Assembly: GCF_009914755.1 (NCBI RefSeq)
Contig: NC_060926.1
Direction: 5' to 3' (one strand)
Origin: the human T2T-CHM13v2.0 reference genome, Homo sapiens
Length of the DNA: 64,000 bases
Positions 62,689-64,000 of the stretch are shown here, one piece after another; the stretch's first letter is position 1, and each line of letters starts with the position of its first letter. Under the pieces are notes generated by a model that was not told the origin of the DNA, did no database searches, and saw only the letters and a list, made by a program, of their open reading frames with translations. The translations under genes and the position numbers were made by a program.

Positions 62689-64000
62689 TGACATTTAATT
62701 AATTGCAGTGAAAAGAAACCTAGCTGATAAACATATGAAAAAACAGTTTTAAATTGCATTAAGAGAAGGACACATGACATTTAGGGAGGCAGAAAAGGAA
62801 TGAGGGGAAGAGCAAGGAAGCATTGAAGTGAGGAGTGAGGAAGAATTAACCTAGTGAGGCTTTATGTTATCAACAAGTCATACACAGAGTATTAAATAAG
62901 ACAGAGGCATGGTTTGGTGAAAAGGAGACAAAGGCATTCTTGAGTAGGCATATTTAATGACTTTGAGATAGGAGAAAGTAAGGGAATGCATTTTCCCACA
63001 GAAAGCAACAAACTACTTACAAATAAACATTTGGAACACAAGGATACATGAGATAGCAGACCTCACTATCCTAAATAATGGAAGACATTATTTATACAAA
63101 TAACAGACATTATTTCTGAATAATGGAGGGACAATTGTACTGGGTTGCATAATGGTGACATCAGGGGAGCAGAGTTCCAGTGCTACTGTGGACAATGACT
63201 CAGGAACATCCTAGCACCACCGAGATCACATGTGCAGGGTGTCGAAAGCAGATCTGTATTGTCCCAGTTACACCATCAAATCAGAGCATGGCTTAGAGCT
63301 GGCCACTTAATACTTCTCAGTTTCTTCATTTTCAGAAAAAGGGATATGAACCTGAAGACTCAGGGTGCTTTCAACTCTCCATTCATGGCTCAATGATCCC
63401 AAAGTTGAAAGCCTTTCCTCCTACAAGTTCTGTCTTAATGACCTTATGTTTTCTGAATCTTTGTTTAAAACATGTTAATTAAAGTTCCTAAAAATTACAA
63501 AATAAAAGTGTAAGAGTGGGGCATTGGGGAAGGTTATCGAGAAAAAATTATGTTTCCTACCATAAATTTTCCAAATTAAATTGCTTCTCACTCAGTTTTT
63601 TGCCTTTACTACTTTGACTGCTTGTTGCTTTTAGCCCATTAGATAGGAGAATAATTTTCTAAGTTATATTTCAAGCTCTAAGTTTCATCTATAATAAATA
63701 ATGACAATATTTCCTTTCTACTTCTGGGCTTATGGACAATAATCATAATATTTTTTAATTTTCAGAAGAGTGAAAACATTTTCCTTTCTCAGAGAACAGG
63801 CAGTTTCAAGGATAACATTTGCAGTGTGCAGTACACCCCTATTAGAAAAATAGCTTCTTTATAATAGAGAAAAAAATGGTGGCCTATGATATGCTGGATA
63901 AAGTTCTGGTTCCCGTGGAAACCGCACATGGCCACCTGATGATCTTGGATCAAACAGCCGCACACAGCATCTCAGTTTACATTGTAAAATGGAAAGTAAT

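Overview
Primate (hominoid, probably human) nuclear DNA, AT-rich and repeat-dense. It reads as a long intron or an intergenic interval. I recognise no intact protein-coding exon, RNA gene or CpG island. The ORFs in the track that I can assign are Alu read-through or L1 ORF2 fragments; the rest look like chance ORFs. More than half of the window (estimated by eye) is interspersed repeat. This includes about 10 Alu/FLAM copies, L1 of many ages (L1PA2, L1PA8, L1PA16/PB, L1MA/MB/MC/ME), L2, MIR, CR1/L3, MaLR/ERVL LTRs, hAT MITEs and a Tc2/pogo-type (Kanga-like) transposon fossil whose broken transposase the ORF track misses. Many insertions still show readable target-site duplications (TSDs), so their nesting order can be reconstructed. 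The most interesting non-repeat signals are: (1) a unique block at 24.4-26 kb with CpG retention, NF-kB/ETS and palindromic GATA motifs, and minus-strand splice sites suggesting a spliced lncRNA; (2) a tandem STAT5-type site at 36.0 kb; (3) a possible decayed minus-strand exon plus a hairpin at 0.1-0.4 kb; (4) a head-to-head pair of about 3-kb L1s at 42.7-49.3 kb. Repeat subfamily names come from remembered consensus sequences and boundaries are approximate. I found no convincing evidence of a new biological system, and the findings below are hypotheses to test.
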